Shown in pieces: positions 1 to 13,451 of a stretch of 64,000 nucleotides of DNA. The stretch comes from Lama glama (taxonomy: Eukaryota): the NCBI GenBank assembly GCA_028534125.1, contig CM052817.1:4528001-4592000 (forward strand), in the 5' to 3' direction. Each line of letters begins with the position of its first letter. Positions within the stretch are counted from its first letter, which is position 1. Under the pieces are notes generated by a model, which saw only the letters and a list, made by a program, of their open reading frames with translations, had not been told where the DNA came from and did no database searches. Made by a program: the position numbers and the translations under genes.

Positions 1-92
1 ACCTTCATGAATTTGCGTGTCCTCCCCGCGCAGGGGCCACGCTAACCTCTGCATCGTTCCCGTTTTAGTACACCTGCAGCCGAGGCGAGCAC
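1..92 (-). pseudogene. U6 snRNA retropseudogene (runs off the left window edge), in EVC intron 10
   Basis: Reverse complement GTGCTCGCCTCGGCTGCAGGTGTACTAAAACGGGAACGATGCAGAGGTTAGCGTGGCCCCTGCGCGGGGAGGACACGCAAATTCATGAAGG aligns by eye to U6 nt 1-93. It has about 13-14 substitutions, a 3-nt deletion and a disrupted ACAGAGA box. Confidence 0.92.
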
Positions 93-1577
93 CACCCGCT
101 CGTTCTTTGTTCATTCGGCCGTTTATTTGTTGTTCGTTCGTTCTTCATTTAATCATTCAATTATTCGTCCTTTTGTGTCCACCATCCATCCACCCATCTG
201 TTCATTCATTCTTTTGGCTCTCATGCAGTCATCTGCTGCTCATTCATTCATTCATTCACGCATGCTTGGCTCAACCCTTCCTTCCTTGGTCCCATGTCTC
301 CTGAGCACCAGTGTGTGCCGGGCTGTGCTGAGGTCCTGGGTCACAGAGCTGACGCTGTCACGTTCTCCACACTCAGGATTTGCGCTGAGCAATGTGACAT
401 CAGGGAGAAGGGCCTGGAAATCTCACGGAGAGCTGTATAATCATATCTTTCCACTCTTATTTCAGATGTATCTTCCCTAGACAGAAACAGCCCCCACCCC
501 ACTTTATGACAAACCCCAGAACCCCCAGGCGAGGGCCGTGCAGGGAGGCTCTGCGGGTGGGGTGGGGGAAGGGCACTGGACCAGGGACCCAGGGACGTAA
601 ATGCCTCTCCTCTTCTTGGGGGACCCCCTGCTGGCTCGTCACTGGGGTGTTGCTGCCGTCACCACCACGCCTGCCCCCAGGGAGCACCTGTGCCTGTGCT
701 CTGGGCTGAGCCTGGACCCAGATTCTGTCCTGCCATCCCCTCGGCAGAGCTGAGACAACGTGTTCCAAAGGCTAACTCAGAGCAGAGGGACCCAGAGAAA
801 CAGTCGGGTTGTGGCTGCCCCTTACTGGGTTTGGCCGAGTCCTGATAACCCTGTATCACCCAGATGAGAAAGCTAGAGGGTTAGCCATGTGCCCAGAGTC
901 ACTCACAGCGGCAGACTCACGTCCAAGCCCAGGTCCTGCCGCCCCTCCCCCCGCCTCCCCGCCTCCCCGCAGGCCAGGCAGGGGCAGGGTTCTGTCCTCT
1001 CGCCCTGACAACTGCAAGGCCCGGGCCTTCCAGCCTGTGCTGGCGCCAGCGCATTCTCTCCCCTCAAGCAGGCTGACATCTTGCTTCCTGTCCTCCTGCG
1101 GGTCTCCAGACCGGGACGGCTGTCCAGCTGGTCCTCTCTGGTCCTGCCCACTCGGCTCCACAAGCCGGCTCCTCCCCTGACTCGGCACCTGTCCCAGCGA
1201 GGGGCCCCACCCCCTTGTGAGAGCCTGCCTCACACCTGGGACATGCCAGTCCCTTCGGGTCCACATTCCCTACTGGCTCCCATGGTAGGTAGGGACCCTG
1301 TGGCGCGCCTCACTGGCCCCTCCCGCTCATCTCTCCAGCAGCCCGGTGAGGACGTGCTGCTTTTGTCAGCAGCAGGACGGGACGCAGAGCTCAAGGCACT
1401 TGTCTAAGGTCACTGGGCTGACAGATGGGAGGTGAGGAGACACCTCCTGTTTGCTGGATGCTGAAGCCCCTGGCTTCTCAAGCGCAGTAAGGGGGACCAG
1501 ACCACCCCGCTCTGCCCGCACGGCTCTCCCAGGACGGCCGCGCCTGAGGACGTGGGGGTGATCGGGAACAGGGTCAC

Positions 1578-1726
1578 CTGCAGGAACTCCTCAGGGTCGG
1601 CGGTCCGCGGAGACTCGGCCAGGAAGCACCTCCGTTCCTCCTCTTGAGCCAGCATGAGCTTTTCTGTCCTCTCCGCCTGGTGAACCAGGGAGGCCTTGAC
1701 CAGGTCTTTGCCTCGCTGGACAAAGT
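1578..1726 (-). CDS. EVC: EVC coding exon 10 (149 nt): (D)[49 protein letters not shown]
   Basis: Matches recalled human EVC segment [10 protein letters not shown]...ADPEKFLE. Acceptor tttcag, donor CAG|gtgacc; phase continues from exon 9. Confidence 0.95.
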
Positions 1727-3137
1727 CTGAAACCGACATAGAACAGGGGACATCGCCAGTTGCTCTCCTGGCAAAGCGTCCACTGGCTGCTTCTGCCAGC
1801 GTGAGGAGCGTCAGATACTCAGGGGCAAGTCCCATTTTTATTTTCCTCTGATCACTCAGGCACATGGGCTTCCCAAAGTCTGGTATTAGGAGCCCCTGGC
1901 CCCTCAAAGCCCATGGGTCCCCGTCATTTGAAGGGAACCCCACTTTCCCTTGGGCCGAGGGCCCAGAGGTTTTGTCGAGCTGTGGTACAGGGCCGGGCCA
2001 ACCTGCCCAGGAGATAAACGGGTGTTTTCCTGGGGAAAAGAGTGTGGGGGACGAGTAAGTGGCATGGGTGGGACAGAGGACAGAGAGCCCGGGTCTGCAG
2101 GAAGATGGTGACATTTCAGACTGGAGCTGAGATATGAAAACTTCGAGGGTGAATTGTTAGATCAGCAGAAGAGGAGGAGGGTGAACCCAAGGGCAAGACC
2201 CCCTGGTGTGGGGGAGGGTAAACTCGGTTGGCTCTAAAACATCCCCTTACACACCAAGGTCACAGCACTGGGGGCTGGGGTCTACCCGTGAGCAAGATCC
2301 AGCCCAGATCTCAAGATGCTCCTGGTCCAGGGAAGACGAGAAACGTGGAAGGAGAATGAATTATGTGCTGGATGATGGTTGGGGCGGGGGGAGGTGCAGG
2401 ATGAGGAGCCGGCAGCATGGGACCCCAGAGACGGCTCCTGGAAGTAGAGCTGATGAAGAAGTTGGCCTGATTCTGCTCCCTTGGGTTCTGGGGAAGATGC
2501 TGTGTGAAGAGGCTGGAGAAGCAAGTGAGGGCCAGGTCACAAGGGGCTTCTGCTCTTGGAGACGTTGGTTTCAGCATCTCCCCGCCCACCTCTTACACCC
2601 ACACATGTCAGAGTGCCTTCTGCATGTGCCATAATGCAAGCACACTTCCTTGGGCTTGATCTGAGGGTCTGTTTAGCCTCCAGCACCAATGGGAAGAGTG
2701 TGTTCAGGTGCCCAGGAGAGACCAGTCTTCCCTCTGCCGCTGACTGCTCCTTGCCTCCCCCGTCTTGTCCAAGATTAACAGACTCTGACCAATGGGCACC
2801 ATTTCAGCATCCCAGCCCAGCCACTCCCTGCTGCTGGGGCCTCTTCCCACTAGTCAAGTCCCGGCCACTGTGTGTGATGACCCCCGAGCCCAGATGCAGT
2901 CAGATTCTACACGGTCCAGAATTCCAGTCAACAGCAGACTTCCATAGGGTCACAGAAGCCATAGCGACAAGTGACACAGACATCTGTGGAATGGCCTGGC
3001 TGGAGTCCTGAGGTCCCAGGATTAAACGACTGTCCCCTGGCCCCATCTCCAAAGGGCAGCGGACAGGCATGGCAGAGGGGACGTGAGCAAGCATAGAGGA
3101 CCAGGTCTTTGGCTGCAATGGAAACCTGGTGCCAGGG

Positions 3138-3458
3138 ACCGGACTGTGTCCCTCCAAATTGATGTGCTGAAGTCTGAAACCTCGTGTGACTGCCTTTGGA
3201 GATGGGGCCTAGAAGGTTAAATGAGGTCAGAAGGATGCAGCCCTCATCCCACAGGGCTGGTGCTTTATCAGAAGAGGAACAATGCAAGAAAGCTTGCTCT
3301 CTGCCATGGAAAGACACCACGAGAAAGCGGCCCTCATCAGGAATCAAACCGGCTGCACACTGATCTTAAACCTCCAGCCTCCAGATCTGTGAGAAAGAAA
3401 TGCCTGGTGTGTGAGCTCCCCAGTCCGTGGTATCTTGTTAGGAGGCCCAGACGCTACT
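3138..3458 (+). mobile_element. MaLR (MLT1-like) solo LTR
   Basis: MLT1-type motifs: ctgtgtccctccaaatt, cctttggagatggggcc, ccagcctccagatctgtgagaaagaaat, ccagtccgtggtatcttgtta. Confidence 0.75.
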
Positions 3459-4099
3459 TCCACTCAGCCCTGGCCACACGTGCAGCCTTGGGTCAACACT
3501 GATGGGCTCTCCTGCCAAGGGTGTGAGGAAGCTGGTGCGGAGGCGGCACCCACCCTGCAGGCGACAGACCTGGGTTTCTCAAGGGTCCCACCAATGGTGT
3601 GACCTGGACCAAGTCTCAGATGCCCTTGACGTCTTGAGCCCTGACCCACCCATCTCCCGGGGTCAGCCCCGGGGGGCAGTACCCTGTGTGGGAAACAGCC
3701 ACGCCGGGTTCCGTCCCGTCCCGCGGGCCCGACCCCTGCCCACCGTCGTCGCCCGCCCGCAGCTGAGCAGGACCTCATGACCTCGTGCCCGGCTTCTGGG
3801 CGTTTCCACCCCTTTGCCCTCTGCACGTTCCAGGTGGTTCTCGGTCAGCCTGAATCACCGGTGACTGCGTGGAGCAGGCAGCCCAGCTCCGAGGCGGCGG
3901 CCCTGCTTACCTCTGCTTTATGGGAAGGCAAGCGAGGCTCAGAGGAGTTAAGTGACAAGTCCCCTGAGGCAGACCTGGTGCGGGTCCAATAGGGGCCGCT
4001 CCACGTCTCCTGACACCTGCAAGTGTGGCCACCCGCCCTGGCCCCGACGCCCCGCAGCACGGGGGCCCAGAAGGACGGCGCCCCGGCCCGCTCGCTCAC

Positions 4100-4316
4100 C
4101 TCGGCGGAAGCGCTCGGCCTCCTCCCAGAAGGCCTTGTGCTGCTGGGTCAGCAGCTCCTCCTTCTGTCGCCCCGAGAGCTTGCCCTCGACGGCCAGCAGC
4201 TCCAGGCCGCGGGAGATGGCGGCCAGCCGGCACTTGGTCTCTTCCTGGATTTGCAGCTTCAGGAACTCAATGGTTTTGGCCATGTGCGCCCGCCCCATTG
4301 TTCTCTCCAGGGTGTC
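4100..4316 (-). CDS. EVC: EVC coding exon 9 (217 nt): [72 protein letters not shown]
   Basis: Strong similarity to recalled human EVC. Acceptor tcttag, donor G|gtgagc. Confidence 0.96.
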
Positions 4317-4783
4317 CTAAGAAAAGAAACCCACAGGACAATTGGCTGGGACACCGTGGGTCAGCACTTGGCCGTGAGGGTCTGTAAACAGCAGTGGACT
4401 CCGTCCCGGGGCCCCCACCTGCCAGTGAGCAGAGCTCAGATGAAGCTGCTCTCCTGAGCCTCCTGTGTCTGCTCCTCGGATGGGGACAAAATCGCCCCTC
4501 AGGCACGGGGCGAGGCTGACGCTGGATAACACACGGAAAGCACTTGCTACACAGTGAGTGTCTACAGAGGGCTCTCTCTTCCGGGAAGGAACCTGATAAA
4601 TGCACATGATCAGAGAGGAAGGTCCACCTTTCCCATAGTCATCCCTCCCCACTCACTGGGGCCTCTGGCCTCCATAGCCCTGGAAAAGCAACACCAGGAG
4701 AAATAAAGGTCACAGGACTTTCTGGCTTTTGAGCCTCAGAGAACCTGTGTCCTGGGGATGTAAGAGATTTTCCAGGTCGGATT

Positions 4784-5291
4784 TGTAACAGAGGACAACA
4801 AACCTGACTCCACATTAGCTCTGCTCCTCTGGCTCTAACCCTGCGCTCTGTTGCCTGCGCTCAGTCACGCTGCTTCCGCACCTTTTGTAAAAGAATGTTC
4901 CTGCAGCCGGAAGTGCACAGGAGAGCCCCTTCTCAAGGCTCTGACTGTTAAGGGTAGAACCCTTTTCCATTCATACAGAGATAAAAAGTTGCAGAACAAA
5001 GAACATTTGTCTTGTTGGAGGTTTACATCGCGACCTGACCCAGGTGGACAGCTGCAGGAACAAAGGATTCGGACACCAAGACGTTTACAACAACCAACCA
5101 CACCCCTCCCCTTTTTAGGGTAAAAGGAGCCTGAGTTCTGACCTGGGGAAGATGGTTCTCCAGGACATTAGTCTCCCATCTTCCTGGTCTGCTGGCTTTC
5201 CAAATAAAGTCATTTTTCTTTGTCCCAACACCTCATGTCCCGATTTACTGGCCTGTTGTGTGGCAAGCAGCACGAGCTGGACTCCGTAACA
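4784..5291 (+). mobile_element. ERV1-like solo LTR in EVC intron 8
   Basis: About 500 bp with TG...CA termini (tgtaaca...gtaaca) and AATAAA at 5203-5208; no clean TSD. Confidence 0.65.
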
Positions 5292-8200
5292 GGCTGGCGT
5301 GGAGGGCCATCCCAGCCATCAGACTTCGGAACAGGCCCGCCTGCCCTACCACGTGCTCACTCACTTGGGACAGAACTCTCGGATGAGATGCCTCCCCGTG
5401 CAGGAAATGTCAACCAGAGACAGAGGCAGACCCTGTAGGTGTCCATCCCTTGTCCTTATGTCTCAGAGAGCAGCTGCTCAAGGATCACGTTAAAGCCACA
5501 GGTCCTGCATCTCAGAGGAAGGACATCTCTCCCCCTGGGGATGGCCCCACTGGCCCCAGGCATAGTATGGTGGAGGCTGGAGTCAGCCTTAGCCCCTCTC
5601 CTCCACCACGCCTGCTCCTGCCCCCTGCACATCCCTCCTCTCTGTTTCCTCCTTGCTGGCCCAGAGCCATTCCCAGCTCAGGCCAGATCACTTCTGCCCT
5701 GGGCTACTGCCTCCCACCAGTCTCCCTATGCTCCGGCCCCACCTGGCAGACAGGGGGCTTTTCTGCAGTGCAGTCTTGGCTCTGTCATCCCCTGGTCCAA
5801 ACCCCGCAGTCACTGCCTCCAAACCGAGTCTCCGCTCCTGGGCGCAGTGCATGAGGGTTCTTTGGTGGCTCAGTCTCCAGCCTCATCCCACATTCCTCCT
5901 TGCTCCTGGCTGCCCAGCACGCCTGACTCTCAGCTCCACTGGGCCTTTGCACACATGAGGCCTCGCACCTGGAACCCCCTCCCAGCCTCCTCTCACTCCC
6001 CTGCCTGGCCAGGTCCTACTCATCCTTACAGGCTGTGCGGTGTCTTCCCAGACCTTCCCCAGCCCCACGGTCCCCTCCTCCAGGCTCCACGGCTCCTGTG
6101 CCTCTGTCTTTAAGGAGCTAATCATGAGGGACAGTCCCAGGCTGGACTGAGAGCCCTTGAAGGCAGGGGCCGCACCTGAGCCGTCCACTAACCCGCCCTG
6201 GGCCTCACTGTTTGCTGAGCCACAGTGTACTAACAATGTGTGAACAGAGCAAGGACAATGCTTCCCCAGTTACAGATAAGAACGCTGAGGTTTATTCTGG
6301 AAGGCCACCTAACTAGCCCAGGGACAGTGGCTCTGAACCTTCCTCTCTTCCAAGTTAGCCTGGCAGCCGGCAGCGGTCCTGCGACCAGTAGGGGGCGCAA
6401 GAGGATAAGCACTCAGAGCGGGTGGGGGCGGCCAGGGGCCTGGGCTCCAGGCAAGGGGGTGAGGGGCGGAGCCTGGCAATCAGAGCAGCCACCGCCCTGG
6501 GCAGCACCGTGAGGCCTCCAGGCTGCGTAGTGACAGTGCACCCTCTGGATTTATATTCAGGGAAGAGGAGTGGAGAGAGGTGAGCAGGGGTGGAGGGACT
6601 TGGATGGGAGGTGATGGGGCCATTGTTGGCTCTGAGTGTAGCCAGTCCTCAAGCGTGCCCGGGCTCAAACTTGGCTCCAGACCTGCACAACCTTGGGCAC
6701 CGTGTCCTCACCTACACCCAACTTGCAGAATGGACGCGAGCATTAAATAAGTTAAAATATGCGAAACACTTAAAATAGCAGCCAGAAGATGGTAAGTGCT
6801 CTTGAATGCAAGCTGTTGTCATAATTATCCGCAGCAGGTCCCCACACCTCTCCTGCCATCTGCTTTCTCTTGAACATCCCTAGAGACGGACTCTGATGAC
6901 GTCTGGGGCCCTTTCCAGGGCTCCTGCAGTTCTGATACTCAGCAATACCACGTGATGCAGTCCAGGTCCAGCTGCTGAGAATTTAAATTCTTCTGGGGTT
7001 CATCAACAACATATTCCGACATAAAGAAGCTACTTTTTTTCTTCAGTTTATGGGATGCAGGCAGAGCTAACTCCTCCCTCGACTGTGTAAATATAGGCTG
7101 TTGCCCTTTCCACACAGCATTACGATGACTTGTTAATGTCTATTTTGCTGCTGACACGTGGCCTGCCAGAGTCTAATCACTAACATACTGAGCATCCCCT
7201 GTGCCGGGATCTGTCCTAAAGGCTGTACACGTTGTCTACTTTCTAACATTCTCAGAGCTGATGCTATTCTGATTCCCATCTTACAGACGATGCAACTGAG
7301 TTACAGAGAGGTTACGTAACCTGCCCAAGGCCACACAGCTAATAAGAGGTAAGACTATAGCATGAGCTCAGGTTTCTAGCTGGAGCCTGCAACATTGTTT
7401 CGCTAACAGAATGTGGCACAGAGTAGGTGCTCATTAAATGCTGACTGAAGGAAGGGCATACGGAAACCTGGATCATCCTTTCCCTTCTTCCTCTTTGGAA
7501 GTGACTGACTAATACTCTGGCCAGCGTCAGCTCAGGTTACATTTTTTTCCTGCATCAATATCTTGCTGATGGAGCAATAATAAATACCTAGGAAAAAAGA
7601 ATAAAAGGCAAAAAGTCTTTCTCCTTTGATGAGCATTAATATCTGCAGTCATATCAAATTAAAATCCAATTTAAAGGGGCTTGGACGGCAAACCAGGAGG
7701 CGTGGGGGGCAGGCTGAGTGATGTCATTAGACAGCACAGGGGTCCTAGGTGAGTCACTTAGCTGGCTCCTCTGCTCACGGGGAGGGAGATACCGGCAGTG
7801 CCTGTCTTTCAGCAGTCCCGAGTGGGGTACACGATTCTGCATTTCGAACCAGCTCTCGGGTGATGCTGATGCCACGAGACTGCAGACCACACTTGGAGGA
7901 CCAGAGCAGTCTGTGCAGAAGCAGCAGGGGTCCGCTCGGCTCAGCAGGGCCTTCTCCTCGCATCTGAGATGCTGAGGCTCTGAGGTAAGGCCCCTGCAAG
8001 TTTGTGAGACAGGTGTAACTTGGGTGGATGCACGGGTCTGAAATATAATCCATGAGTCCTCGAGGTCAGAAGAGGAAATGGGTGCATGGTGCCCTGGGCT
8101 TTGCACAGCAGGGCGAGACCACGGCTGATCCCCACGGTGACTAGGGTGTGGCAGGTCACCAAGCACTTCCCCAGCACTGCCTGCGGCAACTCCTGAAATC

Positions 8201-8908
8201 AATTTTTATAAATAGAGTAACCGAAGTTCAGAGGGGTGAAGTAACCTGTTTGAGATTACACAGCTTCAAGTGGCTCAGCCGAGTTTCAAAGTTGGATTTG
8301 TATTTGTGGATTCCTGTGCGCCAGGGCCTTGTACGCCCAGCTATACATCAGAATTGTTTGGGGAATTTTGAAAACAGCAGCGCCAGGGCCTCCACTACAG
8401 ACCAGGCAGACCGGGTCCCTGTGCGGGAGGCCCCAGGCACAGCACAGGCACAGTTTCAGGCTCCCAGGTGACTCACGGGGCAGTCAGGAAACAACCGAAG
8501 TTCCATGGCTGTCAACCATGACTGCTCAGTGTGGTCACCTGGAACCTTAAAAAGCCCAGACTTGATTAAGTCAGACTCTCTAGGGTGGGGGCTCCTCTTG
8601 GACCCAAGCATCAGTACTTCTTCAGCCTCTTCAGGTAACTTCAATGTGCAGCCAGGATTGGAAACCAAGGCTCTAGGCCGTAATAACATGGAGCTGGCCA
8701 GCATCTCCATTAACGGGAGGGAGGGAGGGATGGATGGATGGACGGACAGCTGCACAGACGGATGGATTCACTGCTTTTCTCTGGCTTCTATATCCTCATC
8801 TACAACATGCAGGTGTTCAACCTAATGGTCCCTACAGCATGTCAAGCTTCCAGAATCCACATCCCTACTTTGAATATCACGTTCCCTCCCCGCCCCCTCC
8901 AGCGTTAC

Positions 8909-9067
8909 CAGAGCCTGCAAATCCTGGGAGTCACGCAAGAGCCCTTCGGCTGCAATCATTCTTTCTGTCAGAGTCGTCAGGAGCTGTCGGGCTTTGGTGC
9001 TGGAACACTTCAATTGGTCCACAAGAAAGTGCTGGATGTTTTCCATCTGTTTCCAGAAAGCTTCCAT
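8909..9067 (-). CDS. EVC: EVC coding exon 8 (159 nt): [53 protein letters not shown]
   Basis: Matches recalled human EVC. Acceptor tcacag, donor CTG|gtaacg. Confidence 0.96.
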
Positions 9068-10100
9068 CTGTGAAATGAGAAACAAGAGGTGGGGTGGGGG
9101 TGGGGGAAACTTACTTAAGAAAGCTACAAAGCTACGCGGTTCAGCTTGGGAACTACTATTCACGCCTTATCACACACCGAGATTCTAAACAACTCTCCGC
9201 CTCGAGCCCGTTTATCTCAGCAATAAACACGTTCTCCTGAGGTTCCTCCCAGTCCCACTGTGGGTGCCTGTCGGTTTGAGGTGGCTTTTCAGCCAGCACC
9301 AGTGCGCTGCTGATAAGGAAGGAAAAGCACAATGAGATCATTCAGCTTACACAGCTTAAAGTCTCTTAAACAGGCCATTACTGCTGCCTGGAGGGGTGCA
9401 GGAAACTCAACAGTGTGCTCCTGGAAGCTTCCACATCTTTAAAAAAGATTAAATGCATCCTGGCAATACAAGCAGGAATGGCCATTTAAGTATTAGTTAT
9501 TGTCCTAAAAGTACAAAAGGGCAACATGACAGAGATGAGGATGACCATGAAAACATTTTGCTTTAAAATCTTTTCCCTTTCTGCCCCATCTTCTCAGGAG
9601 CAGAGTAGGGAATCACCAAGTGGTTGAGCAGGTTGGGGCTGTATTTTTGTCACTGCAGCCTCTCAGAGCTCCGGAGAATAATGGTGCCGAAGTCATAATA
9701 ACTTTCCTTTATGTGTGCAGTTTATATGCCAAGCTCTGTGCTCCACACGTTTTATTTGTAGATAAAATATCTATCAGAGGTGTCTCTGTTATCGGAGCTC
9801 ACCAATACTTTAGAGAATCTTATGAGAACAATGAATCCTGTGCCTGAAAGATGCAGACACGGACAAGATGCACCACTGCTTTAGGGAGTCCCTGGACCAC
9901 TGGACTCCCGGGTGAGCATCCGCCGTTAGTCATCTCATCCTAAGAATATCCTCGCTCTCCGCTGACCTACCTGAGCTCAGTGGAGACTCTTCATCTCCAG
10001 GCATCTCTAACTCAAGCCAGAACACATCATCTCCCCTCCCAACTTGTTCTCATTCTGGGGTCCTTATTTCTGTAGAACTGATCCTCTATACCCTCTTCTT

Positions 10101-10566
10101 TTTTTTCCATTTTTAAAAATTGAAGTATAGTCAGTTTACAATGTTGTGTCAATTCCTGATGTACAGAGTAATGTTTCATTCATACATACACACATTTCCT
10201 TTCATATTCTTTTCATTACAGGTGACTACAAGATATTGAATATAGTTCCCTGTGCTATACAGTAGAAACGTATTGTTTATCTATTTTACATACAGTGGTG
10301 TGTGTCTGCAGATCTGAAACTCCCAATTTACCCTTTCCCACTCCCTTTCCCCCCATAAATTTGTTTTCTATGTCTGTGAATCTGTTTCTGTTTTGTAAAT
10401 AAGTTTATTTGTGTCTTTTCTTTGAGTCCATATATGAGTGACATCATATGGAATTTTTCTTTCTATTTTTGGTTGGTTTACTTCACTTAGAATGACAATC
10501 TCCAGGTCCATCTGTGTTGTTGCCAATGGCATTATTTGATTCTTTTCTATGCCTGAATGGTATTTC

Positions 10567-10616
<50 letters not shown>

Positions 10617-10759
10617 TCTCACATCTTTATCCAGTCATCTGTTCATGGACATTTAGGTTGCTTCCAGGTCTTGGCTATTGTAAATTGTGCTGCTATGAAC
10701 ACCAGGATGAATGTATTTTTTTGAATTAGAATTTCCTCCAGATAGATGCTCAGGAGTGC
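10101..10759 (-). mobile_element. 5'-truncated LINE-1 (ORF2 end plus 3' UTR) with 11-bp TSD and internal (TA)n
   Basis: Minus-strand peptide KNQIMPLATTQMDLEIVILSEV resembles the L1 ORF2 C-terminus. Direct repeat accctcttctt at 10090-10100 and 10760-10770. Confidence 0.9.
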
Positions 10760-11800
10760 ACCCTCTTCTTCCCACCACCACCTCCCCATCCACCACCCTA
10801 TCAGCGCTCCCATTTTTTCTTATCTCTCCATCCCTATTATAGCAATTGCCTTCATGAAATTCCCACTGAACTAGCACAAAATCTCCTAACGATCCTCCAC
10901 ACAGCAGCCTGGGCAGTTCTTCTAAAACAGAACGAGGCCAAGCCATCCTCTGCTGCTTCAGTGGCTGTCATCTCCCTGGCATGAGATAAAAACCCTCCAG
11001 GAAGACCTCTGGCTTTACTTGCTCTGCCTGCATCCCAGCCCTGGCTCCCTTCTCTGCCCACCTACGGCCAACATCCATGCACACTTCTCTCCAAAAGCCT
11101 CTTGATGTTCCTTTTTTCCAAGAAGACTTTTGTAACCCTGGGGTAAAATGAATTCCTCTCTCCACTGTGCCTCAGTCTTCCCATATTTTCCTCTGTCACG
11201 GCACTTGTAACCCACAATGTCCTCAACTGCTCACCTGTTGGTCCCCCCACCTGCCTGGCCTGAGCATCTTCCCTGAAGAGCCAGGTCTAAGTTCATTTGG
11301 AATCCCCAGTTCCCAGTCCAACACCCGGCTGCCAAGAAAATATTTGTTTAATTCATAACATATGAACAGGGGGCAGCAGAACCCCAAAGCAAAAAAGAGA
11401 ATTGGAGGGAAGCCATCCTCTCTGGAATTTAAAACATGCTTTTATGAGTGATGCCTGGAGTTTGAGAGGTTAGCAGCTAGCAGCTGCTCTAACCCGCAGG
11501 GTGGTAATGACACAGAGGGTTAGAGCAATTTTTGCTTTGAATGATAAAAAGATCAATCTAAAATTTAAACAAGGAGAATTCATTAAAAAAAAAAAAGACT
11601 CCTTCAGTAAATCTTGGCGCCTTAATTATACCTTCTCTATAGCTTAACTTCAGAAACCGGATCCCTGGCTCCAGGGCAGAACGTGACAGGCAGGGAATTC
11701 GAGTACTAAACATGCTTCTAGGTAGGATCTCTTTCATCTCGCCAAATGAACTGTCCCAGAAACCATGGTTTTCATACAGGAAAGAAAATCCATCACATAC

Positions 11801-11938
11801 GTTATCTATTAGCTGCTCAGAATATTCCCGCTCTTTCTTTTCCACGTCTGCCAGGGTGATGTATTCTGAGTCACCAGCCCCCAGCATCTCCGTGTTTGAG
11901 AGTCTGACTTGAAGTCTCTTTTCCAATTCTTCCAAGTC
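11801..11938 (-). CDS. EVC: EVC coding exon 7 (138 nt): [46 protein letters not shown]
   Basis: Near-identical to recalled human EVC. Acceptor ctccag, donor AAC|gtatgt. Confidence 0.97.
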
Positions 11939-13451
11939 CTGGAGAGAAAAAGAAAAAAGCAAATAAAAAAAACCTAATTGTATCTTAAATTTTAGAAAAG
12001 AGATGTTTTTATTTTCCCCACTTTATCGTAAAATATTTCTTAACTGTAATGAAATGCTTTGGGTGTTATCCTACTGAAGGTTTGATGATGAAAATCGATT
12101 TTTTTCTCATTAAACACAGAGCCTCAGAAATAATGGATTACATATTTCCTTATATATTCTTCTCCCCTACTCCCCCCAAATAGGCCATACTTTAAAAACA
12201 ATGAAATAGTATCTTCCAATCTTTATGAAGTTTGGGAAAATGTCATGACACCTGGGGTGTTGGGATGGAATGTTTCTTCCCCACTCCTCTGGTTTCTGTG
12301 GGGAAGGATTACCTGGTATACCCCAGGGAGGAAGTGATATGTATTTGATTGGCGGTTCAAAAGCAGGAAGTGAGCACAGCCCCTAGCTTGCCCAGCTTCC
12401 TCCTCCCTGGGATGGACCATTCAGGGGAAGCCATTGCTCTGCTGTGGCCTCAGCCCAAAGGGAGCTGGACAACAAAGGTCCTGCTTCTGTGTGGGGAGGC
12501 CTGAGGTGGCTCAGCTTTGCCAGTAAGTGATTTGGCTAATCCTAGGACTCAGTATTAGGAAGCCATGACTGCTATGCATCTAAGCCACCTCCTCTAGGCT
12601 GGCCCCTCCCAGTAATAAAGCTGACATTTCTCTGTCTCCCCAACCCTTTCTCTTCATTAATTCAGAACGTGGAAGGAAGAGGGGCACCCTATGTAGGGAG
12701 TCCCACAAACCCCAACATGGAGTGTGGGTGGCAGTTCTGTTTTCTCTAGAACTGTGTGCACTGACATGTAATCATCACTGGTGTGGGTCCAGGTTCATTA
12801 GGAAAAATAACATCGATAAGAAGTGCTATTGATTATCCAAGCCAGGGCCATCTGTGACTTCTAGTTCTCACAGCATCTCTACAAAAGAGAAATGTTTCTT
12901 TTCCAGACGAGGAACCTCATTACAGGAAGCTGAGACATTTTGTCCAGAGTCTCCTAGAAGGAAGCGGTGTGCTAGGAGGGGCTTGTCCCTGAGGCCACTG
13001 CTCCAGAGCCCCGCTCTTCTAACTGCAGGAATCATGGTGCTTCTCTTCAAAGCAGCTACCCTTTCTGAGCACTTCTCATCCTCTTCTAGAAGTTTTGAGG
13101 CTGTTGTGAGCATTAAATGAAAGTATGCATTTAAAGTACTTGCCCAGACTAAGTCCAATGAATAGTAGCCACTACCGTTAATTAAGATGCTCTGTAAGTG
13201 GTAGCAGTGGGATTTGATTCCAGGCCTACAAACACCAAAGCGCTTATTCTTTCCATAAGACATATAGCATTGTTTCTTACTAGTATAATTATGAGTGTCA
13301 CAACCATTATCATTATTTTTGTCATTGGAGAGTCATTTAAACTCGTGCCTCCATTTCCTCAGCTGTAAACAAAAATAATTATGACCACTCGCAGGGCTGT
13401 TGTGAAGATTAAATGAAATAATGTGTGTAAAGCACTGTGTGCATTGCCTGA

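Noticed and set aside
1..130. Functional U6 gene
   Set aside because: The ACAGAGA box is mutated and partly deleted, there are many substitutions, and upstream is low-complexity sequence with no convincing PSE or TATA.
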